A stretch of 64,000 bases of DNA, taken from contig CAWGEA010000001.1 of assembly GCA_963821495.1 (NCBI GenBank), positions 323,487-387,486 of the forward strand, given 5' to 3'. This document shows, piece after piece, positions 54,470-63,815 of this stretch (its first letter is position 1; every line of letters begins with the position of its first letter). Origin of the DNA: an uncultured Actinomycetes bacterium (GTDB lineage Bacteria > Actinomycetota > Thermoleophilia > Gaiellales > Gaiellaceae). The position numbers and the translations under genes were made by a program. Below the pieces are notes generated by a model. That model had not been told where the DNA came from and did no database searches. It worked only from the letters and a program-made list of their open reading frames with translations.

Positions 54470-55724
54470 CGGAAACGGCAACGGCACGACACCCGGGCGC
54501 TGGGAGGGCATCGAGCGCCCCTACGGCTCCGAGGAGGTCGAGCGGCTGCGCGGCAGCGTCCGCGTCGAGCACACGCTCGCGCGGCTCGGCGCGGAGCGGC
54601 TCTGGAAGCTGCTGCAGGAGGACGACTACGTGCCGGCGCTCGGAGCGATGACCGGCGGCCAGGCGGTGCAGATGGTCAAGGCCGGGCTGAAGGCGATCTA
54701 CCTGAGCGGCTGGCAGGTCGCGGCCGACGCCAACCTCGCCGGCCAGACCTATCCCGACCAGAGCCTCTACCCCGCCAACAGCGGCCCCGCGCTCGTGAAG
54801 CGGCTCAACAACGCGCTGCTGCGCGCCGACCAGATCCATACGGCCGAGGGCGACTTCGAGACGCACTGGCTCGCGCCGATCGTCGCGGACGCGGAGGCCG
54901 GCTTCGGCGGGCCTCTGAACGCCTTCGAGGTGATGAAGGGGATGATCGAGGCCGGTGCGGCGGCTGTGCACTTCGAGGACCAGCTCTCGTCCGAGAAGAA
55001 GTGCGGCCACCTGGGCGGCAAGGTGCTCGTCCCGACGAGCCACTTCGTGCGCATGCTCGTGGCGGCGCGGCTGGCGGCCGACGTCTGCGGCGTCCCGACC
55101 GTGCTCGTGGCGCGCACCGACGCGCTCAGCGCCAAGCTCGTCACGAGTGACGCCGACCCGGTCGACGAGCAGTTCCTGACCGGCGAGCGGACGCCCGAGG
55201 GATTCTTCAAGGTGCGCGACGGCCTCGTGCCGGCGATCGCGCGCGGCCTCGCGGCGGCGCCCTACGCCGACCTCGTCTGGTTCGAGACCTCGACGCCCGA
55301 CATGGAGGAGGCGCGCGAGTTCGCCGACGCGATCCACGAGCGCTTCCCCGGCAAGCTGCTCGCGTACAACTGCTCGCCCTCGTTCAACTGGCGCGCGCAC
55401 CTCGACGACGAGCGGATCGCGGGCTTCCAGCGTGAGCTGGGGGAGATGGGCTACCGCTTCCAGTTCGTCACGCTCGCGGGCTTCCACTCGCTGAACGCGG
55501 CGATGTTCGACCTCGCCCGCGGCTACGCGGAGGAGGGCATGAGCGCGTACGTCCGGCTCCAGGAGCACGAGTTCGAGCTCGAGCCGGCCGGCTACACGGC
55601 GACGCGCCACCAGCGCGAGGCCGGCGCCGGCTACTTCGACGCGGTCATGCAGGCGGTCACCGGCGGGACGAGCTCGACGCTCGCGCTCGACGGCTCGACG
55701 GAGGCGGCGCAGTTCCGGAGCTGA
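54459..55724 (+). CDS. aceA: isocitrate lyase
   Basis: KKCGHLGGK catalytic loop, [16 protein letters not shown] and YNCSPSFNW. Confidence 0.95.
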   Translation: MATDGNGNGTTPGRWEGIERPYGSEEVERLRGSVRVEHTLARLGAERLWKLLQEDDYVPALGAMTGGQAVQMVKAGLKAIYLSGWQVAADANLAGQTYPDQSLYPANSGPALVKRLNNALLRADQIHTAEGDFETHWLAPIVADAEAGFGGPLNAFEVMKGMIEAGAAAVHFEDQLSSEKKCGHLGGKVLVPTSHFVRMLVAARLAADVCGVPTVLVARTDALSAKLVTSDADPVDEQFLTGERTPEGFFKVRDGLVPAIARGLAAAPYADLVWFETSTPDMEEAREFADAIHERFPGKLLAYNCSPSFNWRAHLDDERIAGFQRELGEMGYRFQFVTLAGFHSLNAAMFDLARGYAEEGMSAYVRLQEHEFELEPAGYTATRHQREAGAGYFDAVMQAVTGGTSSTLALDGSTEAAQFRS

Positions 55725-55726
55725 CG

Positions 55727-56437
55727 GTGGCCGAGCACGACGCGGGAGGCACGAAGGCCGACGAGATCGCGCTCGCGCTCGAGGACGCGATCATGTCGGG
55801 CGAGCTCGCGCCCGGCTCGGTGCTGCGGCAGGAGACGCTCTCCGAGCGCTTCGGCGTCAGCCGCACGCCGATCCGCGAGGCGCTGCGACGGGTCGCCGCG
55901 ACCGGGCTGGTCTCGTTCGAGCCGAACCGCGGCGTGCGCGTGCGCACCGTCTCGCGCGAGGAGCTGCGGGAGGCGTTCCTCGTCCGCGCCGAGCTGGAGG
56001 CGCTCGTCACCGAGCTCGCAGTCCCGCGCTTCGGCGACGCGGAGCTCCTTGCCCTGCGCGCGGCCGACGCGGAGTTCGCGCAGCTCACCGACCGGCTCCT
56101 GCAGCGCGGGCGCGACCCGGAGGAGCGAAACCAGCTCACCGGGGACTGGGTGCTCGCGAACTACCGCTTCCACGACGTGATCTACGCGGCCGCGCAGGTT
56201 CCGTTCGTCGAGGCGGTGGCGAAGAGCGCGCGGCGGACGTTCCTCAGTCGCTGGCGGGCGGGCGGCCCGGAGATCGACGACCTCTACGAGCAGAACAAGC
56301 GCGAGCACCGGGCGATCCTGGGCGCGATCGAGGCCCGCAGCGCCGAGGGTGCGCGGGCCCTGGCGCACGAGCACGTCCTCCACTCGTGCCGGCTGCTCGA
56401 GGTGATCCTCGACCACGTCGCGCCGAGCGCCGCTTGA
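55727..56437 (+). CDS. GntR-family transcriptional regulator (FadR/FCD subfamily)
   Basis: LSERFGVSRTPIREALRRV winged HTH with a helical FCD C-domain. It starts 2 nt after the aceA stop. Confidence 0.88.
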   Translation: MAEHDAGGTKADEIALALEDAIMSGELAPGSVLRQETLSERFGVSRTPIREALRRVAATGLVSFEPNRGVRVRTVSREELREAFLVRAELEALVTELAVPRFGDAELLALRAADAEFAQLTDRLLQRGRDPEERNQLTGDWVLANYRFHDVIYAAAQVPFVEAVAKSARRTFLSRWRAGGPEIDDLYEQNKREHRAILGAIEARSAEGARALAHEHVLHSCRLLEVILDHVAPSAA

Positions 56438-56611
56438 GGCGTTGGCGTCGAAGACCAGGATCAAGACGCGGAACTGGCGCGCCGGGTCGAGGGCATCGTC
56501 CCAACGGCGACGATCGAGGCGCTGCGAACGGTCTGAGTCTTCGGGGGCCGCGGGACGTTTCGGAACACCGGCCGAGCAAGAGTCGGCGCGCGGGAGTCTC
56601 CCCGCTTCGGC

Positions 56612-57544
56612 CTAGCTGCCGCCGGCCGGCGGTACACCCTCGCGCAGCCAGCGGGCGTTCTCGGTGATCGCCTCCCGCGGGTCGGTGCCGAGGTGGCCGG
56701 CGACGCCGTCGACCTTGACGACGCACCCCGGGACATTCGCGGCCAGCCACTCGCCGTGCGCGGGCGGAACGAGCACGTCCGTGGCCCCGTACCAGACCAG
56801 GACCGGGATCGAGATGTGGTCGAGGTCGAACCCCCACGGCCGTATGTGCGCAAGGTCGTCGTCGGCCCAGCCTTCGACACCGAGGGCCGAGTGCTCGGCC
56901 CACGACTCGCGAATGATCTGCACCCTTTCCTGGCGAGCCAGCTCCTTTCGATCCGAGTCGCTCAGTTCGAAGGCGTCGAGCACGGCCGACGGGTCGACGG
57001 CCACCCGGGCCGTGATCCTCGCGTGCTCGGCTTCCAGCTCCCGGATCAGGACCTCCTCGCCTGCGACGGCCCAACCGAACTCCTTGACGTTCTCCGGATC
57101 CATGCCCGCGAGCCAGGACTCCTGGTCGAGCCCCGGGTTCCCCAGCGGCGCGACGCCGACCTGACACGTCGCACGGACGACCCGGTCTGGCAAGAGCGCC
57201 GCGCACGCGAGGGCATGCGACCCACCACCGGACCCGCCCGTGACTCCGAACTGCTCGAGGCCGAGATGGTCGGCGAGCGCGACCACGTCGTCGACCTCGT
57301 CGACCACGCGCCGGCCTGGCCGACGCGTCGACCTGCCGTAGCCGGGCCGGTCGTGGGTGACGACGAGGACGCCGAGCTGCCGATAGAGGTCCTCGTCCGG
57401 CCAGCGCTCGAGACGGCAGCCTGGGGTTCCGTGCAACATGAGCACCGGATATCCGTCGCGATCGCCCCACAGCGCGAAGGCGAGCTCGCGCCCGTCAGGG
57501 GTCTCAAGCTTCAGGAGCGACTCACCCACGGCCGCGCCGAGCAT
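56612..57544 (-). CDS. alpha/beta-fold hydrolase
   Basis: LMLHGTPG, nucleophile elbow GGSGGG, and a C-terminal His region. The alternative GTG start is 27 nt upstream. Confidence 0.85.
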   Translation of the reverse strand: MLGAAVGESLLKLETPDGRELAFALWGDRDGYPVLMLHGTPGCRLERWPDEDLYRQLGVLVVTHDRPGYGRSTRRPGRRVVDEVDDVVALADHLGLEQFGVTGGSGGGSHALACAALLPDRVVRATCQVGVAPLGNPGLDQESWLAGMDPENVKEFGWAVAGEEVLIRELEAEHARITARVAVDPSAVLDAFELSDSDRKELARQERVQIIRESWAEHSALGVEGWADDDLAHIRPWGFDLDHISIPVLVWYGATDVLVPPAHGEWLAANVPGCVVKVDGVAGHLGTDPREAITENARWLREGVPPAGGS

Positions 57545-57682
57545 ACGCCGGATCGTGAGTTTGCCGAGCACGCTGGCGGTTGTCGGGCAGCAGGGACCGC
57601 CTAGTACGATCTGCCGCTCTCCGGCGACCGCCCAGACGCCGGGATCAGGCGACATTGGTGGAGACGACCCGAAGGGGGCCCA

Positions 57683-58330
57683 ATGAGCGATTACACGGTT
57701 GCGCAGCTCGACGAGATCGAGGAGCAGGAGGACGGGCGCTGTCCATGGCGACCCGTCCGGCATCACTTCGGCATCACGGCCTTCGGCGTCAACGCGTGGA
57801 CGGCCGGCGACGCGGGCGACCGGATCATCAACGAGCACGACGAGTCGGAGGAGCAGGACCTGCAGGAGGAGCTCTACCTCGTCCAGCGGGGCCGCGCGAC
57901 GTTCGAGCTCGACGGCGAGCGGGTGGACGCCCCCGCCGGCACCTTCGTCTTCGCCCGTCCAAACGTGAAGCGGACCGCCTTCGCCGAGGAGCCCGGGACG
58001 ACGATCGTCGCGCTCGGCGGCACTCCCGGAAAGGCCTACGAGCCCCACGGCTACGAGCTCTGGGCCCCGCTCCGTCCGCTGTACGAGGCGGGGGAGTACG
58101 CCGAGGTCGCCGATCGCGGACGCGCACTGGTCGAGGCTCATCCGCAATACGCCGACCTGCTCTACAACCTCGCCTGCTGCGAGAGCCTGGCCGGCCGCAC
58201 GCCAGACGCACTCGACCACCTCCGGCGCTCGATCGAGATGTCCGAGGGCTTTCGCGAGTACGCAAAGAACGATTCGGACTTCGACCCGATCCGCGACGAG
58301 CCCGGGTTCAAGGAGCTGATCAGCGGCTAG
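57683..58330 (+). CDS. cupin-domain protein with C-terminal TPR-like helical region
   Basis: A cupin-like beta segment (NEHDESEEQDLQEELYLVQRGRATFELDGERVDAPAGTFVF) followed by helical repeats. Confidence 0.7.
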   Translation: MSDYTVAQLDEIEEQEDGRCPWRPVRHHFGITAFGVNAWTAGDAGDRIINEHDESEEQDLQEELYLVQRGRATFELDGERVDAPAGTFVFARPNVKRTAFAEEPGTTIVALGGTPGKAYEPHGYELWAPLRPLYEAGEYAEVADRGRALVEAHPQYADLLYNLACCESLAGRTPDALDHLRRSIEMSEGFREYAKNDSDFDPIRDEPGFKELISG

Positions 58331-58463
58331 GCGACAACCGAAAAGCGGATCACAGTACTTTCGAGACGGGTCTATCCGCACAAACCCGGATGGCGCTCGC
58401 CGGCAGCGGCGAGACACTTGGGTTGCGCTCCGACTGGGTGAGCGTCGGCGTGGAAGGAGAGCC

Positions 58464-59444
58464 GTGACGTCGGTCTTCGAGAGCGAGCGCGTCGCGCGGA
58501 GGCCCAGGGACCTTGCGCCCGCGGGCCCCGCCGGCCGATTGCCCGCCGGCCGCGGCCTCGAGCTCCGGCACGTGAGCAAGCGGTTCGGGCCGGTGCAGGC
58601 GCTCGGCGACTGCTCGTTCTCGGTCGCGCGCGGCGGGATGCTCGGCTTTCTCGGGCCGAACGGCGCGGGCAAGACAACCGCTATGCGCACCGTCTTCGGG
58701 CTCGTCGAGCCCGACGGCGGCGAGGTGCTCTGGGACGGGAGCCCGATCGGGCTGTCCGAGCGCATGCGCTTCGGCTACATGCCGGAGGAGCGTGGCCTCT
58801 ATCCGCGGATGACGGTCGCCGACCAGCTCGAGTACTTCGGCTGCCTCCACGGGCTCGAAGCGGGCGCGGCGCGCGCCGCGGCGGGGCGCTGGCTCGAGCG
58901 GCTCGGCCCCACCGTGCGCGCGGGCGCGAAGCTCGAGGAGCTCTCGCACGGGAACCAGCAGCGGGTGCAGCTCGCCGCGGCGCTGCTGCACGAGCCCGAG
59001 CTGCTCGTGCTCGACGAGCCGTTCGCCGGCCTCGACCCGGTCGCCGTCCACACGCTGGCCGAAGTGCTGCGCGGCGAGGCGGCACGCGGCGCGGCGGTGC
59101 TCTTCTCCAGCCATCAGCTCGAGCTCGTCGAGGACATCTGCGAGGAGGTCGCAATCGTCGACCACGGCCGGATCGTGGCGACGGGCGACGTCGACGCGCT
59201 CAGGCGGGGTTCGCGGCGCCGCCGGATCGAGCTGCAGCTCGAGGGCGCTGCTGTAGCGTGGCTCCCCGATGTGGCCGGCGTCGAGCTGGTCGAGCGCCGC
59301 AACGGCGGCCTGCGCCTGCTGGCCGGCGGCGGCGTCGATCCCGAGCGAGTGCTCGCCGAGGCGGAGCGGGCCGGGCGCGTGGTCGCGTTCAGCTACGGCC
59401 CGCCGTCCCTCGCAGAGCTCTTCCTGGAGCTGGTGGCGCCGTGA
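58464..59444 (+). CDS. ABC transporter ATP-binding protein (NatA-like)
   Basis: GPNGAGKTT, LSHGNQQRV and LLVLDEP. GTG follows GGAAGGAGA. Confidence 0.9.
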   Translation: MTSVFESERVARRPRDLAPAGPAGRLPAGRGLELRHVSKRFGPVQALGDCSFSVARGGMLGFLGPNGAGKTTAMRTVFGLVEPDGGEVLWDGSPIGLSERMRFGYMPEERGLYPRMTVADQLEYFGCLHGLEAGAARAAAGRWLERLGPTVRAGAKLEELSHGNQQRVQLAAALLHEPELLVLDEPFAGLDPVAVHTLAEVLRGEAARGAAVLFSSHQLELVEDICEEVAIVDHGRIVATGDVDALRRGSRRRRIELQLEGAAVAWLPDVAGVELVERRNGGLRLLAGGGVDPERVLAEAERAGRVVAFSYGPPSLAELFLELVAP

Positions 59445-60586
59445 GCGGCCGGCGCGCGATCACGCTCGTCGCCAGGCGCGAGATCCGCGAGCGCCTGCGC
59501 TCCAAGGTCTTTCTGATCTCGACTCTCGTACTACTCCTGGTCGTCGGCGGGTCGACGGGGCTCCAGGGCGCGCTCTCCAAGAAGCCGACGTACCACGTCG
59601 TCGTCACGGCCCCGGCCCCGGCCGGTCTTCGGCCGGCGCTCGAGCGCGCGGCGAAGCCGTTCGACGACGCGAAGGTGCAGCTGCGGGTTGTCGCCTCGCC
59701 GGCCGCCGGACGGAAGGCGCTCGAAACGGAGCAGGCCGACGCGCTCCTGCTGCTGTCGCAGAACCGGCTCGTCTTCCGCTCGGACGTCGACCCCAAGGCC
59801 GCGGCGATCGCGGACACGGCGGTGCGGGCGCTGCGCAACCACCTGCCGCCGGCACCGGAGCTCGCGGCGGTGACGCTCCACCCGCCGGACGCGAAGACCT
59901 CCGACGCCGAGATCCTCGTCGCCTCGCTCGGGGCCTTGCTCCTGCTCACGTCGCTCGCCTTCTACGGGCAGTGGGTGGTCGGCGGCGTCGTCGAGGAGAA
60001 GAACAGCCGCGTCGTCGAGATCGTCCTCTCGACGGTGCGCCCGCGCCACCTGCTCGCGGGCAAGGTGATCGGCATCGGCCTGCTCGGGCTCGCCCAGCTG
60101 ACGCTCGTCGCGGGCCTCGCCGCCGCGCTCCTCGTCGCGGGCGCCTTTGACGCGCCCGCCGGGCTCGGCGGCAGCGCCGCGCTCGTCATCCCGTGGTTCG
60201 CGCTCGGGTACGCGCTCTACGCCGTCGCCTACGCCACCGCGGGTGCGCTCGCCTCGCGTCAGCAAAACGCCGACACGGCCGGACAGCCCGTCACCTACAC
60301 GCTCCTCGCCGTCTACTTCGGGGGATACGTCGCGCTCACCAGCGACACGGACGGGCTGCTGGCCAACCTGCTCACGGTCTTCCCGCTGAGCGCGCCGCTC
60401 GTCCTCCCGGCCCGCAGCGCGCTCGTGGGCGTGCCCCTCTGGGAACACGTTCTCGCGGTCGTGCTCGTCCTGGCCACGATCTACGCGCTCGTCCGCTTCG
60501 CCGGCCGGGTGTACGGCCGCGGCCTGCTGCACGGCGGCCCGCGCCTCGGGCTGCGCACCGCCTGGCGCCTGAGCCACGAGCGCTGA
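59441..60586 (+). CDS. ABC-2 transporter permease (NatB-like)
   Basis: N-terminal TM, a large extracytoplasmic loop, then 5 C-terminal TM segments. GTGA overlap with the ATPase gene. Confidence 0.85.
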   Translation: MSGRRAITLVARREIRERLRSKVFLISTLVLLLVVGGSTGLQGALSKKPTYHVVVTAPAPAGLRPALERAAKPFDDAKVQLRVVASPAAGRKALETEQADALLLLSQNRLVFRSDVDPKAAAIADTAVRALRNHLPPAPELAAVTLHPPDAKTSDAEILVASLGALLLLTSLAFYGQWVVGGVVEEKNSRVVEIVLSTVRPRHLLAGKVIGIGLLGLAQLTLVAGLAAALLVAGAFDAPAGLGGSAALVIPWFALGYALYAVAYATAGALASRQQNADTAGQPVTYTLLAVYFGGYVALTSDTDGLLANLLTVFPLSAPLVLPARSALVGVPLWEHVLAVVLVLATIYALVRFAGRVYGRGLLHGGPRLGLRTAWRLSHER

Positions 60587-60627
60587 TCGCGCGGGAATAG
60601 CGACGGCGGCGGCGCGTTCGAGCGGGC

Positions 60628-61020
60628 ATGGCAGGGAGCAAGGAGTTCCGGGTGGTGCTGACGGTGCCGGACTTCGACGCCGCCGTCGCCTTCTATCGCG
60701 ACGCGCTCGGGCTGGAGCAGGTCGCGGACTGGAGCTCCGAGGACGGGCGCGTCGTCCTGCTCGACGCGGGGCGGGCCACGCTCGAGCTCTTCGACGAGCG
60801 GCAGGCCGAGGCCGTCGACCGGATCGAGGCGGGGCGGCGCGTGTCGGGCCCGGTTCGCCTGGCGCTCGAGGTCGCCGACAGCGAGGCCGCCGCTCGGCGG
60901 CTGGTCGAGGCCGGCGCGGACGAGGTGGCGCCGCCGGTGACCGCGCCCTGGGGAGACCGCAACGCGCGCGTCCGCACGCCTGACGGCGTGCAGTTGACGC
61001 TCTTCAGCCCCGGCGGCTAG
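60628..61020 (+). CDS. VOC (glyoxalase/bleomycin-resistance) family protein
   Basis: 130 aa with the paired beta-alpha-beta-beta-beta pattern and typical FYRDALGLE and WGDR segments. Confidence 0.85.
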   Translation: MAGSKEFRVVLTVPDFDAAVAFYRDALGLEQVADWSSEDGRVVLLDAGRATLELFDERQAEAVDRIEAGRRVSGPVRLALEVADSEAAARRLVEAGADEVAPPVTAPWGDRNARVRTPDGVQLTLFSPGG

Positions 61021-61138
61021 CCCTCGTTCCGTACTCCAGGCAGCGGTCGGCCTCGACGAGCGCCTCGGCCCTCGTCAGCGGCGGGCGAAGCTCCTCGAAG
61101 GTCGGCTTCGCCGGTGTCGTCTGCGCGGCGATGGCCAT
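61004..61138 (-). pseudogene. possible N-terminal remnant of a PreT/GltD-like (dihydropyrimidine dehydrogenase / glutamate synthase small subunit) gene
   Basis: The 44-codon ORF MAIAAQTTPAKPTFEELRPPLTRAEALVEADRCLEYGTRASRRG matches the L-P...A..EA.RCL N-terminal pattern of PreT/GltD. Similarity stops where the Cys cluster should begin, and the ORF runs into the VOC gene. Confidence 0.3.
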
Positions 61139-61272
61139 GTGCGCGAAGCGTTCGGCCCGGGGGTTCGAGCGGCATCGGGGCGGGCGCGGAGCACAAGCGT
61201 GGAAAACCCGTAGCCCGAACGGCGAACCCCCTGATGCCGCATCCGCAGGCCGAGCGCGACGATGCGCTCGAG

Positions 61273-62100
61273 ATGACGCTCGCTGTCGTTGCCCACCAGC
61301 GCGAGCCGACGAACGCCATGCTCGCCGCGCAGCTGGACGCGCAGCTCCTCGCGCCGCAGACCGCGCTTGCCCGCCTGCGGCCGGGAGACGTCGCCCTCGT
61401 CCGGCTCGACGTCCGGCGGACGCTCGACGGCTGCGAGCCCGGCCTCGACCTGCTGGAGCCGCTCGAGCAACGAGGGGTCGAGGTGCTCAACCGCGCGCCG
61501 GCACTGCTCGCCGCCCACGACAAGCTGCGGACGAGCCAGATCCTGCCGGCCGCCGGGTTGCCGCACCCGCACACGGAGCACATCACCTCGGTGCACGAGC
61601 TGGTCGAGGTGGTGCCGCCGATCGTCGTCAAGCCGCGGTTCGGCAGCTGGGGACGCGACGTCGTCCGCTGCCGCGACCGGGCAGAGCTCGAGGCATGGGC
61701 CGTGCAGCTTCAGCGCCGGCCGTGGTTCCGCCGCACGGGCGCGATCGTGCAGGAGCTCCTGCCCCCGCCCGGCCACGACCTGCGTGTGCTCGTCGCGCGC
61801 GGGCGCGTCTTCGGCTGCGTGGAGCGGGTTGCGCGGCCCGGCGAGTGGCGGACGAACATCTCCCTCGGCGGAACGAGGCGCAAGGTCGATCCATCGGAGG
61901 AGGCGTGCGAGCTGGCGCTGGCCGCCGCAGCGGCGGTGGGGATGGACGTCGCGGGCGTCGACCTGCTCCCGGTGAACGGTTCCTACGTGGCGCTCGAGCT
62001 GAACGGCGCGGCCGACTTCGACGGCGCGTACTCGTTCAGGGGTCGCGACGTCTTCGCCGAGCTGCGGGCAGCGCTCGACATGCTGCCGGCCGCGGTCTAG
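61273..62100 (+). CDS. RimK-family ATP-grasp alpha-L-glutamate ligase
   Basis: VVKPRFGSWGRDV, IVQELL, DLRVLV, WRTNISLGG and GVDLLP...ALELNGA. Confidence 0.88.
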   Translation: MTLAVVAHQREPTNAMLAAQLDAQLLAPQTALARLRPGDVALVRLDVRRTLDGCEPGLDLLEPLEQRGVEVLNRAPALLAAHDKLRTSQILPAAGLPHPHTEHITSVHELVEVVPPIVVKPRFGSWGRDVVRCRDRAELEAWAVQLQRRPWFRRTGAIVQELLPPPGHDLRVLVARGRVFGCVERVARPGEWRTNISLGGTRRKVDPSEEACELALAAAAAVGMDVAGVDLLPVNGSYVALELNGAADFDGAYSFRGRDVFAELRAALDMLPAAV

Positions 62101-62116
62101 CCGAGAACCTCCGCAG

Positions 62117-62923
62117 CTAGGTGCGATCGAGGTCGCGGCGCTCGAGCGCGAAGGGCGCGAGCGCCGCGCACACGGCCGCCGCGGCCAGCAGGACGAGCGC
62201 GTGCCAGGGCGCCAGCCCCTCCCGGAGCGGGTCGCCGACGCTGTAGTGGTAGAAGGGCGAGAGCGGCCGCAGAGGCTTCAGCGGGCCGGCCAGCGGCGCC
62301 AGCGAGTTGACGAGGTACGCGGCCACCGCGACGGCGGTGACGATCCCGATCGCACGTGCGCGGTGGCCCGTCGCCGCGCCCGCGAGGAGCGCGAGCGCAC
62401 CGAAGAGCAGCGCGAGCAGCAGCAGCAGGAGGACGGCCGCGCCGAGCTTCCAGGCGGAGATGTCCATTCCCGCCGCCGCCGCGCCGACGACGAGGGCGAG
62501 CCAGAGCACGAGCGCGAGCCCGGTCAGCTCGACCACGAGCGAGACCAGCTTCTCGAGCACGACCCGCCGCCGGGTGAGCGGCTGTGCGAGCAGGAGGTCG
62601 AGCGTCCCGCGCTCCTCCTCGCCGGCGATCGCGCCCGCGCCGCCTCCGATCGCCGAGACGAGCAACAGCAGCGGCGCCATCAGCGCGAAGACCTCGCTGC
62701 CGAGGTAGCCGGCCGCGGTCAGGTAGTCGATCGAGCCACCGAAGCCGATGAAGCCCTTCAGCGCCTGGGGATAGTCCTGCACGAGCTTGTTCAGGCTCGG
62801 GTTGTCGCGAACGGCCGGGTAGACGGAGACCATCAGCGCGGCGAGGGAGACGAGGCCGAGGCTCCACCAGACGAAGCCGCGGCGCACGTCCCGCAGGCCC
62901 TTCAGCGCGACGTTACGCAGCAT
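62117..62923 (-). CDS. ABC-2 transporter permease
   Basis: 6 TM pattern and the EERGTLDLLLAQP motif. 11-nt overlap with the ATPase gene. Confidence 0.8.
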   Translation of the reverse strand: MLRNVALKGLRDVRRGFVWWSLGLVSLAALMVSVYPAVRDNPSLNKLVQDYPQALKGFIGFGGSIDYLTAAGYLGSEVFALMAPLLLLVSAIGGGAGAIAGEEERGTLDLLLAQPLTRRRVVLEKLVSLVVELTGLALVLWLALVVGAAAAGMDISAWKLGAAVLLLLLLALLFGALALLAGAATGHRARAIGIVTAVAVAAYLVNSLAPLAGPLKPLRPLSPFYHYSVGDPLREGLAPWHALVLLAAAAVCAALAPFALERRDLDRT

Positions 62924-63815
62924 CGCGGCTCCGGTAGAGGTCGAGGAAGACGTCCTCGAGGTCGGCCTCGCGCACATCCAGCGCGACGACCTCGAAGCGC
63001 GCGAGCGCCTTCACGAGCGGGTCGACCGGGCCCTCGAGCGCGAACACGACCGTGTCGTTACGCCGCTCGAGCTCCCGCGCGCCCGGGACGTCCGCGAACG
63101 CTTCGGCCGGCGGGGCTGCCGCGAAGGTCGCCTCCAGCCGCGTCGAGGCGCGGGCGCGCACGGCCTCGACGGACTCGACCAGCTCCAGCCGGCCTTCGCG
63201 CAGCACGGCGACGCGGTCGGCGAGCTCCTGTACCTCCGCGAGCACGTGCGAGGAGAGGAAGACCGTGCGCCCCTCGGCCGCGGCCTCGCGCACGAGCTCG
63301 TGGAACGTCTGCTGCACGAGCGGGTCGAGGCCGGTCGTGGGCTCGTCCAGGACGAGCAGCTCCGGCCGGTGCATGAACGCCTGCACGAGCCCCGTCTTCT
63401 GGCGGTTTCCGCTCGACAGGGAGCGCAGCGGCCGGTCGAGCTCGAGGTCGAGGCGCTCTGCGAGCCCGAGGCCGTCGCCGAGGCCGTCGAGGCCGCGCAG
63501 GTTGGCGAAGAAGGTCAGCAGCTCGAGGCCGGTCAGCCGGTCGTACAGCCGCAGGTCGCCCGGGACGTAGCCGACCCGCCGCCTGATCGCGAGGCTGTCG
63601 CGGCGCGAGTCGAGGCCGAAGACCGAGAGCGTCCCGGACGTGGGGCGGATCAGGTCGAGCAGCAGCCGGATGGTCGTCGTCTTGCCGGCGCCGTTCGGGC
63701 CGAGGAAGCCGAAGACCTCGCCACGGTGGACGGCGAAGCACAGGCCGTCGACGCCGCGGGCACCGCCGCGGTAGACCTTCGTCAGCCGCTCGGCGCGGAC
63801 GACCTCGTCGCTCAG
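62913..63815 (-). CDS. ABC transporter ATP-binding protein (start uncertain)
   Basis: GPNGAGKTT, LSSGNRQK and LLVLDEP. The only in-frame start-like codon near the expected N-terminus is CTG at 63815, which overlaps the upstream stop (CTGA). Confidence 0.85.
   Translation of the reverse strand: MSDEVVRAERLTKVYRGGARGVDGLCFAVHRGEVFGFLGPNGAGKTTTIRLLLDLIRPTSGTLSVFGLDSRRDSLAIRRRVGYVPGDLRLYDRLTGLELLTFFANLRGLDGLGDGLGLAERLDLELDRPLRSLSSGNRQKTGLVQAFMHRPELLVLDEPTTGLDPLVQQTFHELVREAAAEGRTVFLSSHVLAEVQELADRVAVLREGRLELVESVEAVRARASTRLEATFAAAPPAEAFADVPGARELERRNDTVVFALEGPVDPLVKALARFEVVALDVREADLEDVFLDLYRSRDAA

Noticed and set aside
58331-58463. Possible riboswitch or leader upstream of the NatAB-like ABC transporter
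   Set aside because: There are two small hairpins (GCGGAT...ATCCGC and CTCGCCG-GCAG-CGGCGAG), but I recognise no known riboswitch core. More likely these are the terminator of the cupin gene plus a plain 5' UTR.
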